Of a stretch of 64,000 nt of DNA, positions 13,975 to 29,160 are shown piece by piece (position 1 is the first letter of the stretch; each line of letters starts with the position of its first letter). A model generated the notes under the pieces. That model had not been told where the DNA came from. It made no database searches and worked only from the letters and a program-made list of their open reading frames with translations. The stretch is taken from NCBI GenBank assembly GCA_951406725.2, contig OX597825.1:73346001-73410000 (forward strand). The letters are read 5' to 3'. The DNA is from Octopus vulgaris. Its lineage: Eukaryota. A program made the position numbers and the translations under genes.

Positions 13975-14300
13975 AGACCCCCCCACCCTTTGGTCATGAA
14001 TGACCATGGGATTGCACCCAGAAAGTTCTCCACTAAGGCACAAGTGTGGGCAAAGTTGTTTATGGAAGACCAGCGGTCACCCATGCATGCCAGCCTCCCC
14101 TCTCTATGCCACCAATGTTATTGAAGGGAAAGGTAAAGGCCATGATACAGCTTGGCATCTGTGACATAGCAATGAATTGGAGAAATGTGAAATAAAGTGT
14201 CTTGCTCAAGAACACAACACACAGTCCGGTCTAGGAATCGGACTCACTACCCCACGATTGTGAGTCTGACACTCTGGCCACTGAGCCATGTGCTTTCACT
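13975..14300 (-). mobile_element. tRNA-derived SINE family F
   Basis: Minus-strand head atggctcagtggccagagtgtcagactcacaatcgtgggg...tccgattcc and body gtgttcttgagcaagacactttatttcac; related pieces at about 30490-30685, 39815-39920 and 40760-41000. Confidence 0.65.
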
Positions 14301-14863
14301 AAAATCATGATGATGATGGTGATGATAATAGAATGGCCAAATGGTTAAGAGGTTTGTAGTGCAATCACAAGGTTCTAGGTTTAATACCACTGTGTGGAAT
14401 TTTGTGAGTGAAATTGAACAGATGGAAACTGTGGAAGCCTTTGGATGAAGAATTGTGCCTGTAATTCAAAGATGCAGGCTTGTCACATGTGTCTTCTTGA
14501 TTCTCAGACATGCAGATTCTCAGAATGCCAGATGTCTTTCAAAACCAAACATCCTTGCTAACCACTGGCAGAAAGGCTTTTCCTCTCTTTCTGATATTTT
14601 TTTTTTTTTAGAATTGTACACATGCACGCACATGCACACACACACACATGCACGCACACACATTTTTTTAACTTGCTTTCCATTGGTGACGAAGGTTGTA
14701 CAGGTAGAATTACCTTCCTCGAAGATGGATTTGAGAACCACATCTTACTTCCATGTTCGATTTCTGGCACTCTCCCTGCCTAGATACCCATCCTAGGATC
14801 AGCCCCTTTCGTAGAGGTCCAGTCTTCAGCTAGATTGTACACATACATACATACATATATATA

Positions 14864-15100
14864 TATTAGAAGAAATCAGGTACTCAGAAATTCGGATGGT
14901 TTTATATTTACAGATATTTATTTGTATGTTACAAATTGAAGACTCCACAAGAATGGACGAAAGCGCTAATATATGATATATGATGTATAAAAGCATGTGA
15001 CATACAAATAAATATCTGTAAATATAAAACCATCTGAATTTCTGAGTACCTCATTTCTTCTAATACAAAATACCTGTACATCATCTCCAAACCTTCTAAT
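14864..15100 (+). mobile_element. Short inverted PLE-like fragment with hammerhead remnant
   Basis: Arms 14864-14933 / 14996-15065; tail 15066-15100; (T)TGAAGA-c TCCA caagaa TGGA c-GAAA-GCGC-TA at 14936-14968; same family as 8611-8890. Confidence 0.72.
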
Positions 15101-15950
15101 ATCATCATCATCATCATCATCATTTAGTGTCCGCCTTCCATGCTAGCATGGGTTGGACGGGTCAACTGGGGTCTGTGAAGCTGGAAGGCTTCGTCAGGCC
15201 CAGTCAGATCTGGCAGTGTTTCTACGGCTGGATGCCCTTCCTAACGCCAACCACTCCGCGAGTGTAGTGGGTGTTTTTTACGTGCCACCTGCACGTATAT
15301 ATATATATATATATATAGTGTTCATGTGTGTGTGTCAATGTATCTGTTTACACAATAATGACAGGAATGATTTCAAGGCCAGCTGGAGCCAGGATTAGCT
15401 TTGTGAGCCTAGTGCTATTCTTCATTTTTGCCCTATTCTGTATATGCCTCTCACAAGACCCCTTGCCCTCATTTGCTCTTCTATCTGTTTGTGCCAACAT
15501 ATGTATATAACCCTCAGTAGTGGCCACATACCACTTTGGTATCTTTAAGCTCAACTCTGACCCTGTGGACAAATCTAATACCTTAGTATTGTGGCATAAA
15601 TCTGACCCTGTGGCAGCTGTGGTTAAATTATCATGGTATGCTGTTAGGTTTTACGTATGGCATTATGGGGTAGGGTGATGGTCACATGGTCTGATATTAG
15701 GTTTAAATATGTGTGGCGAAGGGTTAAGGTAATATGAACAGGTAGTAAGTTTAACACTGGCACTGCATGATGGAAAGGTTAAAGTGGGATAGTCTGAGAC
15801 AGGGTTTAAATCTGACAGTAAGGATTAGAAATAAGATAATACGGTCCGGTATTAGGTTTAAACCTGACATGGAGAAATTTGGTTAACATAGTATGGTGTT
15901 TGTATTATGGTTAAAGTTAATGTTGTAGTAGAGAGTTAATTGAGTTATGC

Positions 15951-17337
15951 TGTAGTAATATGGTTAAATATGACACGGATAATCTGGTTTAAGTTAACAT
16001 TGTGATAATGGGATTAATGTGGTATTGTGTAGTATTATGGTTAAATATGACACGGATAATCTGGTTTAAGTTAACATTGTGATAATGGGATTAACGTGGT
16101 ATTGTGTAGTAATATGGTTAAATATGACACGGATAATCTGGTTTAAGTTAACATTGTGATAATGGGATTAATGTGGTATTGTGTAGTATTATGGTTAAAT
16201 ATGACACGGATAATCTGGTTTAAGTTAACATTGTGATAATGGGATTAACGTGGTATTGTGTAGTAATATGGTTAAATATGACACGGATAATCTGGTTTAA
16301 GTTAACATTGTGATAATGGGATTAATGTGGTATTGTGTAGTATTATGGTTAAATATGACACGGATAATCTGGTTTAAGTTAACATTGTGATAATGGGTTT
16401 AATGTGGTATTGTGTAGTAATATGGTTAAATAGGACACGGATAATCTGGTTTAAGCTAACATTATGGTAAAGGGATTAATGTGGTATTGTGTAGTAATAT
16501 GGTTAAATATGACACGGATAATCTGGTTTAAGTTAACATTGTGGTAAAGGGATTAATGTGGTATTGTGTAGTAATATGGTTAAATATGACACGGATAATC
16601 TGGTTTAAGTTAACATTGTGATAATGGGTTTAATGTGGTATTGTGTAGTAATATGGTTAAATAGGACACGGATAATCTGGTTTAAGCTAACATTATGGTA
16701 AAGTGATTAATGTGGTATTGTGTAGTATTATGGTTAAATATGACACGGATAATCTGGTTTAAGTTATCATTATGGTAAAGGGATTAATGTGGTATTGTGT
16801 AGTAATATGGTTAAATATGACACGGATAATCTGGTTTAAGTTAACATTGTGGTAAAGGGATTAATGTGGTATTGTGTTGTATTATGGTTAAATATGACAC
16901 GGATAATCTGGTTTAAGTTAACATTATGGTAAAGGGATTAATGTGGTATTGTGTAGTAATATGGTTAAATATGACACGGATAATCTGGTTTAAGTTAACA
17001 TTGTGGTAAAGGGATTAATGTGGTATTGTGTAGTAATATGGTTAAAAATGACACGGATAATCTGGTTTAAGTTAACATTGTGATAAAAGGATTAATGTGG
17101 TATCATGTAGTATTATGGTTAAATATGACACGGATAATAAGGTTTAAGTTAACATTGTGATAATGGGATTAATGTGGTATTGTGTGACACAGATAATCTG
17201 GTTTAAGTTAACATTATGGTAAAGGGATTAATGTGGTATTGTGTAGTATTATGGTTAAATATGACACGGATAATCTGGTTTAAGTTAACATTGTGATAAT
17301 GGGATTAACGTGGTATTGTGTAGAATTATGGTTAAAC
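15951..17337. repeat. 77-bp tandem minisatellite, about 18 copies
   Basis: cacggataat recurs at 15974, 16051, 16128, etc. (period 77); one internally deleted unit near 17185; degenerate flanks. Confidence 0.95.
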
Positions 17338-19898
17338 ATCACACAGGGGTATGTAGTTAATGTTTTATGGTAGAATACTGGAGATTAAAGCTGATGCTGT
17401 GGGGAATAGGGTTAAGCATAACACAGTTTTATGCTGTTAAAGTGTGTATGTGGAGGGACATTGTGATGAAATTTCAGGGTAGATACTCAGATGTCTGGTT
17501 ATTTTACCCTTTATCTTTCAGTCAGGAGAGAAGGTAGGTGCCTGCAATTCCTTACAGGCCCTCCAAGACAAGTAAATGTAAAAGAGGCAATTATCCTCAA
17601 ACTTGAGACCTGGCCTGAATGTTTGGAACATTGTGGACTCTGCTAAAAGTTCTCATGCAGCTAGATGGGGTTAAATCAATGGAGAGATTAATTTATGGTA
17701 ATTGGTTAACTTTCTAGCATTCAGGTAAAAGGCACCTGCTACACTCTGTGGAGTGGTTGGTTAGCATTAAAAGGGGCATCCACCCTTAGAAACCAAGCCA
17801 AAACAGATTGGAGACTGGTTCAGCTCTCCAGCTTACCATCTCCAGTCAAACTGCCTAATCCGAAGCCAGTATGGGAAACAGACATTAAATGTTGATGATG
17901 ATGATGATTTTGAATTAATCATGCTTTATCTTGTAGCTTTGAAGTTTTGATGATGATTAAATGCTTACATTCAGAAACAACATTGTAGGGTAGGTATGAG
18001 AGGTTGGATCTGTCTCAAATAAACAGGTAAATTTAGTATAGAGTTAGATAAAAAAAAAAAAAAAAGACAATGCCTTACATGGTCATATTAACCCTTTTGA
18101 CTCTAATCCTCCTCAGATCATCCCTAGTCCTATAATATGAACTTCCTGTTTTAAAGCGATGTAAAAGCCTTCCCTCAAAATTTCTTGTTAACTCTTTTAA
18201 TACCAACAACCATGATTCCATTTCTAGTGCCATGATACAAACTTACTTTTTTTAATTGGACTAAATTAAAGCATTCTATTAAAATTTTATGTTAATTTAT
18301 ATACCATTTCCAATTACTAGTCTAATAATTACTAAGTTATTTTACTAAATTCTTTGATATTTTAAAAATGAATTCAAAGCATGAAAGTCGAGTTTATGCA
18401 ATTTCTTTAACTATTTATTTCACTATATTTTATTGAGAAGCAAAGTTTTCTGGTACAGTTGGTGTTTATATTTCTGTATTAACTGATTTCCAATGATTAG
18501 GGTGTGGGGTGTTGTGTTGGTGGGGGTGTGGATGAGTGGAATTCCTGATGTGTCTGATATGAGAATGGATAGTGTTTATAGAATTTGGTATTTGCTCAAA
18601 GTGTAGTGCATTTGAATCTACTTACAGTTTGATCTTATTCAAATTCAAATTTGAACGTACTTCATTTGTGGTGAAGTACTTTTAATTTTCCCACAGGTCT
18701 GGTAGGTTTTGGATTAAAAGTAGGACATAATTTTGACATATTTCTCTAAAAAAATCACAAGATTGCTTTAATTAAGTTTCTCTTTTTGTTGTTTATTGTC
18801 ATTGTTTTTATGTGAAAGCTGAGTAATAGAGGAACCAAAAAAAAAAAAAAGAAAAAGAAGAAAAAAAAAAGAGAACCAGTTCCCATTCTGTGTTTTAATA
18901 GATTCCAAAACAACAATTGAACTAAAGCTGACTTGAAAATTTCTCTATATGTCATTGAAAAGTTTAAAATAAAATTGGCGTGAATTCAATTTTCCAATCA
19001 ATCGATTTTAGAAGTAGGATGAAGAAACCTTTTATAAAATATTTATCAAAATTGAAACTATTTAATCACAGAAGAATATGACATTTTAACACTTCTTCAA
19101 GTCAGCTTATCATTGGAGATTTCATCAGCTAACTTTTATATGATGTTGCTTAGTTTTCGTTTGTTATTTTATATCATAATAATTCTAGAAGTTTAAAAAA
19201 AAAAAAGAAAGACAACCAAAAATCAACAGACATTGGAGAAAGCTGTCGCCAAAAAAAAAAAGAGAGAGAGAGAGAGAGTGAGTGAGAGAAAAGTAAATTG
19301 AAAAAAAAATGTTACAATAAAGAAAATGCATATCAAAAAGCAGAATAAAAAGATTAGTTTGATTGAAGCATCGGGCAACTAGTTCACAGACCACTTAGAA
19401 CATTGGGAAACTGGGGAAATGGGCAAACCTGCTGGTATTGGGCGTGCGGAATGGATATATAGATGCCACGGGTAAGCGGGTCCAACCCTGCGTTTCCTAT
19501 GCCCTAAAATTGGAAAGGAAATGCGGTCCACAGTAAAAATGAATTGCTTGAACAATAAAGGGTCGACGAAATTTTTTTCTTGCTTTTTTGCATTTTGATT
19601 TTAATCTTTAAAACGTAAATTAAAGATGCTTTTTTTTTTCGGACTTGATTAGATACCTTCATTATCATTATTATTCTTTTTTTTTTGGTTCTTGCTTGAG
19701 GACTAATTTGAAACACTAATTACAAAAAATTAGTAGCAGAATTCATAAATATTCAAAACGACGCAAATATATGTCATAAAGATTTGCAATAATTTAATAA
19801 TATGAATTTGTGTATCAAATGAACTTTCACAATTACGAATACCAGTCAGTATGATTATTTATTATCCATTAACTAATAACAAATGCACATTCTTAATT

Positions 19899-19999
<101 letters not shown>

Positions 20000-20729
20000 T
20001 ACATATATATATATATGTAATAATAAAAGAATATGAATAGAAATATTGTTTATGTTATGAATGTTTCCATAATATGGTTATTTATTTCAGCAATAACATA
20101 TTACATCATATGATTACATAACTAGACCATTTCATCAGACATCTATGTGCAGTTGATAGGTATACTTAATTTTTGAAATTTTTGAAATTTTACATGTGAG
20201 GAATTAGCCTGTAGCTATATCATGAATCTTATTTAATTCCAAACAAATTGCGGTTTTTTTGCAACAAAATCAGCTCAACTGAGTGTAAGGTGAACTTAAA
20301 GACAAAACAAACATAACTAAACAATTTCTACTAATTCAAATATCTAGAACGTTCTTTGATCAACAAAATCATTTACAGTTACAGTAAATCATATATCTAA
20401 ATAACAAATTAAAAAATAAAAATCTATGTATGTTTGTGCGAATGAATATGCATATGCATGTATCTATGTATGTACGTGTGTATGTATGTATGTATGTATG
20501 TATAATATGCTTGTATGCAGATATGTATGCATGTGTGTATGTACGTATGTCAGTTCAATCTTAGTGCTACTGGTGACAATACTATCAGTCGCATGATTGA
20601 GCGGTCAGTACCTAAACTAGTGACCCTGCCAAGCCTGCTTGGTAAAGAGGATGAATTTTGTTGGATATTCTCCAAGACACAAAAACAAATTCTGTCAAAG
20701 GAAGGATGAATTCAGTAGAGTCAATAACC

Positions 20730-21040
20730 ATCCAACAGCTGGGAGTTCCTTCTTGAGCCACACCTGGCTCATAAGGGCCGGCTTCCCGGTTTCCTTGGTG
20801 TATAGGTTCCCCACCTGGACGAGACACCAGTCCGTCGCAGGTGAGCTACATGATGCAGGAGGAAAGAGTGAGAGAAAGTTGTGGCGAAAGAGTCAGCAGA
20901 AGTTCGCCATTACCTTCTGCTGGAGCCGCATGGAGCTTAGGTGTTTCGCTCATAAACATACACATCACCCGGTCTGAGATTCGAACCTGCGATCCCTCGA
21001 CCGAATCTGCTGCTCTAACCACTAGGCCATGTGCATCCAC
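20730..21040 (-). mobile_element. tRNA-derived SINE (family B-related)
   Basis: Minus-strand head gtggatgcacatggcctagtggttagagcagcagattcggtcgagggatcgcaggttcgaatc with A/B boxes; body shared with 21703-22086. Confidence 0.75.
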
Positions 21041-21530
21041 GCAACAGCTGGGAGTGAGAGACTCCTGGTATTTGTTTAAACATCTCTCTGGGAGGAGATT
21101 CTGAAATAGCATCTTCCTCATTCCAAAACAGGAAATTTTTCTTGTGCTTCTATCTGGACTACTTTGGTTTAGAAGTGAAATTCTCAGCAGGGCTGTGCAG
21201 GTTGCTATTGACTTTAAATTAGATCAAAGGCATTGCTGACTGCCACTGTTTTTTAACATCTAGGGTAAGATAGTTTGTCAGTGATAGTGATGCACGTCTA
21301 CAAGTTGACAACCATCGTATATATATATATATATATATTATAAATAAGGATAATATCGATATTATCAAGTGGCCAGCATGGGAAAGAATACCATACAAAG
21401 GTAATAATTTTTTACAACTAAAAATAAGGGTGTCTGAGAGACACCACCATGCCGAAATGGCAGTCAAATCCCTGACTCTAAAAACCACGTTAAATGTTCA
21501 TATTACACCATGAGATAAGAAGAATATATA

Positions 21531-22086
<556 letters not shown>

Positions 22087-22097
22087 AAAAAAAAGAA

Positions 22098-22134
<37 letters not shown>

Positions 22135-22140
22135 ATATAT

Positions 22141-22552
22141 TCTTTTATTCTTTTACTTGTTTCAGTCACTTGACTGTGGCCATGCTGGAGTGTAACCATG
22201 AAAGATTTTAGTCGAAGAAATCGACACCAAGGCTCATTCTTTTTTATAAGCCTAGTACTTATTCTATTGGTCTCTTTTGGTAAACTGTTAGGTTATGGGA
22301 ACACAAACACACCAATACCGGTTGTCAAGTGGTGATGGGGGACAAACATAGACACAAAGGCACAAACACATAGCTATATACATATATATATATACGACAG
22401 GCATCTTCAGTTTCTGTCAACCAAATCCACTCATAATGATTTAGTTGGCCTGAGGCTTTAGTAGAAGATACTTGCCCAAGATGCAACACAGTGTGGGACT
22501 GAACCTGGAAACATATGGCTGGAAATCAAACTACTTACCACACAACCACACA
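22141..22552 (-). mobile_element. SINE family A
   Basis: Reverse complement of the family A consensus seen at 63160-63576. Confidence 0.8.
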
Positions 22553-22566
22553 CACACATTTATGTA

Positions 22567-22653
<87 letters not shown>

Positions 22654-22872
22654 ATATATGTATGTATATATATATATATGCACATGCATACATTACATAT
22701 ATATATATATATATTTATATGAGGATATTATTGTTTATAATTAATATCAGTGGCTTAGTATTTGCAAAAGACCCTAAAGTTAAAAATTATCAATTAATAA
22801 TTAAGGGTACTAACAAGTGCTATGTTAGCATGCTTGTACTTCCTGTTAATACGCTTAATTATTAATTAATTT

Positions 22873-22957
<85 letters not shown>

Positions 22958-23000
22958 CCTACCTACAAACACACACATACACACACAGACACACACACCA

Positions 23001-23350
23001 CACATAAAGGAATTATATATAAGAAAGCCGCATTTCTTAAAAGACACCTGCTTTGCTGAACATAGGAGTTAAGCTGGCGTCCTTTAAAAAAAGCATGCTT
23101 GTTCTATATAATTTGCTCTTTGTATATATCTAATAATTTTGCCTATGTGGCTTTAGCTTGCGGCCACAAACATTAATATCGCTCGTTAGTATTAATGTTT
23201 TTTATTTATTTATATATATATATTATATACTTAGACTTATACTTAAACCTATTATTTTAGGAATATTAATATTCACAAAAAAATAATAGGTAACAAACCA
23301 GTAATTCATTGAAGATTTTTATCCATTAATGAGGCTATTTTAATCTGTTT
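23001..23350 (+). mobile_element. Old diverged fold-back plus tail, possibly PLE-like
   Basis: Imperfect inverted arms about 23001-23052 / 23070-23125 followed by a unique tail, between microsatellites; no hammerhead seen. Confidence 0.35.
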
Positions 23351-23375
23351 CAACTTATATATATATGTATGTATG

Positions 23376-23472
<97 letters not shown>

Positions 23473-23474
<2 letters not shown>

Positions 23475-23985
23475 GAATAAATGAAAGAATGGAGTCGAAC
23501 GAAGATGTTAACAAAATTCCTTTACTCTCGACACATGTTTCGAAGACAGCATGTTTTCATTCCAAAGGAATAAAGGGCGCATTATGCAATCTTCTCATCA
23601 AAAATTCCGATGATTGCCTGCATGGTAAACAAAGTTTTGTTTACCATGTAGGCAATCATCGAAATATTTGTTTGCCTTGTTGTCGAGAGAGGCTCCCTTT
23701 CTTTCCTGATGAGAAGATTGCATAATGCACCCTTTATTCCTTTGGAATGAAAACATGCTGTCTTCGAAACATGTATCGAGAGTAAAGGAATTTTGTTAAC
23801 ATCTTCGTTCGACTCCATTCTTTCATTTATTCATATACAACACACACATTTTTACACATGAACCTGGAGTTTCTACCCTTGACAGGTCGCTTCAACCGTG
23901 TTTCTGACGTGAATTTGCTACCCAGGTTTCGGTTAAACGAATTTTCCATGCTGATGATAAACATAGGATAATTCATTCACCTACT

Positions 23986-23990
<5 letters not shown>
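23473..23990 (+). mobile_element. Inverted PLE-like fragment with 3' tail
   Basis: Arms 23473-23600 / 23707-23834, inner palindrome 23608-23661, tail 23835-23990, (TA)n on both sides; explains the mirrored ORFs 23489-23725(+) and 23582-23818(-). Confidence 0.8.
23701..23782 (+). ncRNA. Type-I hammerhead ribozyme with extended stem II
   Basis: CTTTC-CTGATGA-GAAGA...TCTTC-GAAA-CATGT-ATC|GAGAG; the mirror arm reads GAAACATGTGTC (canonical GUC site). Confidence 0.75.
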
Positions 23991-24036
<46 letters not shown>

Positions 24037-24077
24037 CTATCTATATACATATATATATGTATACACACACGTTTATT

Positions 24078-24117
<40 letters not shown>

Positions 24118-24374
24118 CACACAAACATATATACATACATAAATACATGTATGATATGTATTTGTATTTGTATATGTATTTGTGAGTATATATATATAAA
24201 TATCTATATGCATATGTATAGATCTGATATGATTTTTTATATATATATATATACGTGTGCATTTGTGTGTGTATGTACACATATACATACTCTTACATGC
24301 ATACATTTACATATATGTGGTTGTACACACATACATTTCTGTATACCGACATATATACATATGTGTGTGCATAC

Positions 24375-24411
<37 letters not shown>

Positions 24412-24811
24412 TATATATATATAAATATATATTACATATATGCACACATACACACATATATAGCCATACATGCATACATTCATACATATAATGTTATTCA
24501 GATTTTGGAATAACCAATATGGTTTATATCATGACTGTTAGTTGACCATCTAAAAGAGCATTGTACAATATTAATAATCTACCTTCATTCTGTGAGTACT
24601 GAGATTGATGGTGAAGCTCATAGTTGTAGTGTAACCAGTAGCATATTCACTATCTGAGCAGTGTTAGTAGATTCTACTGTTTTGTACCGAGGCCTGTATC
24701 ATCTAAAAAAAAGTGACTGCAGCATTTATACACCCATTCACACTAGCATGCACATATGTATGTGTGTATATATATATAATAATTAATTTTATTTTATCGC
24801 ATTTTGAATTT

Positions 24812-24865
<54 letters not shown>

Positions 24866-25170
24866 GTGTATGTATGTATGTATGTGTGTGTTTATGTATG
24901 TATGTATATATATGTGTGTGTGTATGTGTGTGTGTGTGTGTACACATAAATATAGAGTAGTGGTACAACAAGGCACCAATATTTACTGGAAATAGCAGTC
25001 GATACTCTATATTTATACTTCTACCTTTTTGGTGCTTTATTTTACTGGAAAGAAACTAATACATTTGCATTGCAATATTTTATATGTACACCTATATGTA
25101 TATGAGTGTTTATCGTTCTACATGTATATCTATATAGCTATGTAGCTGTATATGTAAATTTATATGTATA

Positions 25171-25993
25171 CAAGGTGGTATCAAAAAGTTCCCAGACCAG
25201 TTCTATAGCATGCTAACAGATGGCAGTGAATGGTTGTGTGTGCAGTGGGAGCTAGTAATGACCTTCATGGGACAGTGTGCTGAGTGACATCGGTGTGTTT
25301 ACTTTGCAAGTTGTGAAATTTGTGTTTTTGTGATCATGTATCTGCTGTAGTCTGTGATTTTTGTCGTGGACAGGAACAAAGAGCCATCGTGAAATTTTGT
25401 GTCAAACTTTGCTGTTACAGAACATTGTGCGTGGGTCATATGCAATGTTTTGAGTGGCATGGTTGCTTCAAAAGTGGAAGAATGTCCCTGGATAATGATG
25501 AGCGATCTGGGAGAACTGGAAACGTGGTATTGAGGATCGAGAATTCATACCCCGCAGCCAGACCCAGACCATCAATCGAGAGTTCTATTGTGACGATTTG
25601 AAGTGTTTGGGTGAATCTGAAGAGCATGAAGAATTTGATTCTTCGCGATGATGTCATCGAGCTCTCTTCACTTGTGAGTTTCTCACCACAAACATGGCAT
25701 TGCTTCCGCACCTGATTTTGCACCTTCAGACTTTCATCTCTTCCCCAAGAAGAAAATGCAGCTCAAATGTCACCGTTTTAACACTGTTGAGATCCAGAGC
25801 TACTCGCAGAAGATCCTTGACTCGCTTATGGAAAACAACTTCCAGGCCAGATTCCAAAAGTGGCAAGAACGCTGGGACCAGTGTAATGTTGTGCAAGGTG
25901 ACTATTTCGAAGGAGATAAGGTTAAAACTTAGGTAAATAAGGTATTTTTTTTATTAAACATAACTAGTTCTGGAACTTTTTGATACCGCCTCA
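25171..25993 (+). mobile_element. Internally deleted Tc1/mariner (mariner) transposon
   Basis: TA-flanked TIRs CAAGGTGGTATCAAAAAGTTCC / GGAACTTTTTGATACCGCCTCA; transposase remnants EQRAIVKFCVKL, FEWHGCFKSGRMSLDNDERSGR, PDFAPSDFHLFPK, FQKWQERWDQCNVVQGDYFEG. Confidence 0.92.
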
Positions 25994-26028
25994 TATATAT
26001 ATATATATTGGTGTTTTCATGTTTGGAT

Positions 26029-26087
<59 letters not shown>

Positions 26088-26091
<4 letters not shown>

Positions 26092-27345
26092 ATAATTTCG
26101 AGAAAAACCTCTATTAAACAATTCAATAATGAAAGATGTTCTTCACACCATACCATAGAAAACATATACTATAAAAACCTTATTCTAAAAATCACTAAAG
26201 TACAATAAATATTAAATAGTACTAAAAGACTACGTGCGTTTCGTCGCTATCTTTTCAAATAGATAATGATAATAAAATCAATTTGATTTAAAATTAAATC
26301 GATCTAAAATTAATTAGACGAACGAAAAATTAGATGTAGACATAAATTGAATTACTTATATAATAAGTTTAGCTAATTTGTGTGTGTATATATATAAACC
26401 TTGTTTTAAGTTACTAATTATTGTAGTTATAATTTGTAGTAGTAAAATGTGTATAAATTAGCACAAGATCATATAGTCTATATTACATAATTAGAATAAG
26501 ACGAAAATTAGATGTTTATAAAATAAATAAATTAATTAATGAAAATAGATTAAATTATAGAATTGTAGCTTCATTTACGTTTATTATATTATGTAATTTA
26601 CGTATTTAGTCTTTAAATTATTTAGACTTTACAATTTTTCCAGTAAATGGTATATCAAAGTTAATTTTTTTCTTATTCTCACAGCTAAAATACATTTGTA
26701 ATTTTAATAGCTTAAATACATATTTCTATCTATTTCTTTTATAAATTCTATTTACACCATATTTTCATACGATATATTTCTTATAAACGCTAAGTTCTAC
26801 GTATTACCTTTAAATTTTTAGTTAATGAAAATCCTTCGATAAGACAAGTTTTGTTTTTATTTTAAGAAATATTGTTAAATGTTTTTCGATTATTTATAGT
26901 TAATACACCTATTTTTATATATATTTTGATAATTAGTATAAGTTAAGATAAGTGTCATTTATTCTATTATTATTGTTTCATTATCTATTATTTTAGACCT
27001 GGTGAGTGACTATATTTTAAAGTAGAATTAATTTTAGATCGATTTAATTTTAAATCGAATTGATTTTATTATTGTTATCTATATGAAAATATAGCGACGA
27101 AACGCGTGTAGTCTTTTACTACTATTTAATATTCATTGTACTTTATTGATTTTTAGAATAAGGTTTTTATGGTATATATTTTCTATATGGTGTGAATAAC
27201 ATCTTTCATTAATGAATTGTTTGATAGGGGCTTTTCTCTAAATTATATACCTATATTATATATTGTGAAATTTGATTTAAAATAGTTAAATTGAATTTTT
27301 CCCTATAAGCTTTGGAATTATATTCCCTACTATTATTATTATATT
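26088..27345 (+). mobile_element. Older inverted PLE-like fragment with 3' tail
   Basis: Diverged arms 26088-26315 / 27026-27250, AT-rich spacer, tail 27251-27345, (TA)n flanks, hammerhead remnant. Confidence 0.72.
26995..27114 (+). ncRNA. Degenerate hammerhead with a long stem-II insertion
   Basis: AGAC-CTGGTGA-GTGACTATA...TATAGCGAC-GAAA-CGCGTG-TA|GTCT; A6G change in the core. Confidence 0.6.
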
Positions 27346-27949
27346 ATACATATATATATATATTATATATATATATATATATAAATACACACACACATAT
27401 ATGTACATACATATGCATGTATGTATGTATCTGTGTGTGATTGTGTATGTATGTATGAATGAATGTATGAACGTACATATGTAAGCATGTATGTATTTGT
27501 ATATTCAAATCTCAAGTATATATTTACAACTTGGTATATAAAACATTTCAAATATAGGACTCTTAAAATTCTTTTGATTCACAAATTCAAATTCATTAAT
27601 TTTTAAATTTCTGATTAGAGCAATTTTCATTTATTGATGTTTTTTTCTCTCCAAAAATGTTAATAACAATCTTTAATTATTTTAAGGAAGCCATTGTTAA
27701 TTCCTCAGATGCTAAGCAGTTTTTTAATTAATTACTTTCGAATAATTTTTTATAGTGAATAAATTTTTGAAAAATTGGAATAAATACACAGAAAATTATA
27801 TATATATATTTTTTTCTGTCTGTTATAAATGTGATTCATGCAAATTTTTTTGTTTATTTTTTTCTTTCATTTCATTTTTTTTCTTTAATATTTATGAAGA
27901 CTGTAAGGTATGTAGAAAAAAGCAGGTGTTGGATTGCAGAGGTTTTGCA

Positions 27950-28265
27950 AGAGAGAGAAAGAGGAAGAAAGAAAGAAAGAGAGAAGGAGAGAGAGAGAGA
28001 GAGAGAGAGGTTAACTGAGAGATACAGAGAAAGAGAGAAGGATTGAGAATTGGAGGGAGAATGTGAGAGGGAAAAAGAAAGAAAGAAAAGGAAGACAGAT
28101 AGACAAAGCAAGAGACAGGAGGACAGAGAGGGACAAAGGAGGAGAGAGAGCAAGTGGGAAAAAGAGTGAGGTGGGAGGTAGGAAGAGAGAGATGGTGACA
28201 GAGAGAGTGAAAGAGAGAGAAGAAAACAGACAGAGAAAGCAAGTGACACTGACAAACAGGGTGAC

Positions 28266-28300
<35 letters not shown>

Positions 28301-28370
28301 ATAAGAAAAAGAAGCAGAGGGTGAAGGAAAGACAGGATAAGATAAAATACAGGAAAAATACAGACACAAA
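27950..28370. repeat. GA-rich polypurine low-complexity tract
   Basis: Degenerate (GA)n/(GAAA)n. Confidence 0.85.
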
Positions 28371-28396
28371 AACAAAAACTATAATTATTATTATTA

Positions 28397-28436
<40 letters not shown>

Positions 28437-28625
28437 ATGATCTTTTTTCCGATATTTTAATCCGATGTATGCTTGCCCATCATTGAATCAAATTTATAAC
28501 CGAAAAATTTAAAACAACAAGAGCAACAACAACAAGAGCAACAACTAAAATATGCCATTCCATACAGTTATTTGCAAATAAAATGGTATTTTGCAGTTAA
28601 AAACAACAACAACAGCAACAATTAC

Positions 28626-28672
<47 letters not shown>

Positions 28673-29098
28673 CAATGATAATAATAATAATCCTTTCTAC
28701 TACAGGCACAAGGTCTGAAATTCTAAGGGAAGGGGTTAGTTTATTACATTTAGCCCAGTGCTTGACTGGTGCTTATTTTATCAACCCCAAAAGGATGAAA
28801 GGCAAAACTGACCTTGGTGGAATTTGAACTCAGAATGTAGAGATGCTAACAATTCTGCCAGCTCACCACCTTAATGAGCCTTTCTGCTGTAGGCAGAAGG
28901 CCTGAAATTTGGTGGGAGTGTACTAGTCAATTACATCAACCCCAGAGTTTTATTGGTACCTAATTTATTGACCCCCAAAAGGATGAAAGACAAAGTCACT
29001 CTCAACGGAATCTGAACTCAGAACGTAAAGATGGACAGAATTCCCCAGAGCATTTTGTCCAGTAATAATGATTCTGCCAGGTCACCACCCTTTTATTC

Positions 29099-29158
<60 letters not shown>

Positions 29159-29160
29159 TT

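Noticed and set aside
15951-17337. CRISPR-like regular array
   Set aside because: No unique spacers; head-to-tail 77-bp units in eukaryotic DNA, so it is a minisatellite
23489-23818. Pair of near-identical 78-aa ORFs on opposite strands
   Set aside because: A by-product of the inverted repeat; no protein homology evident
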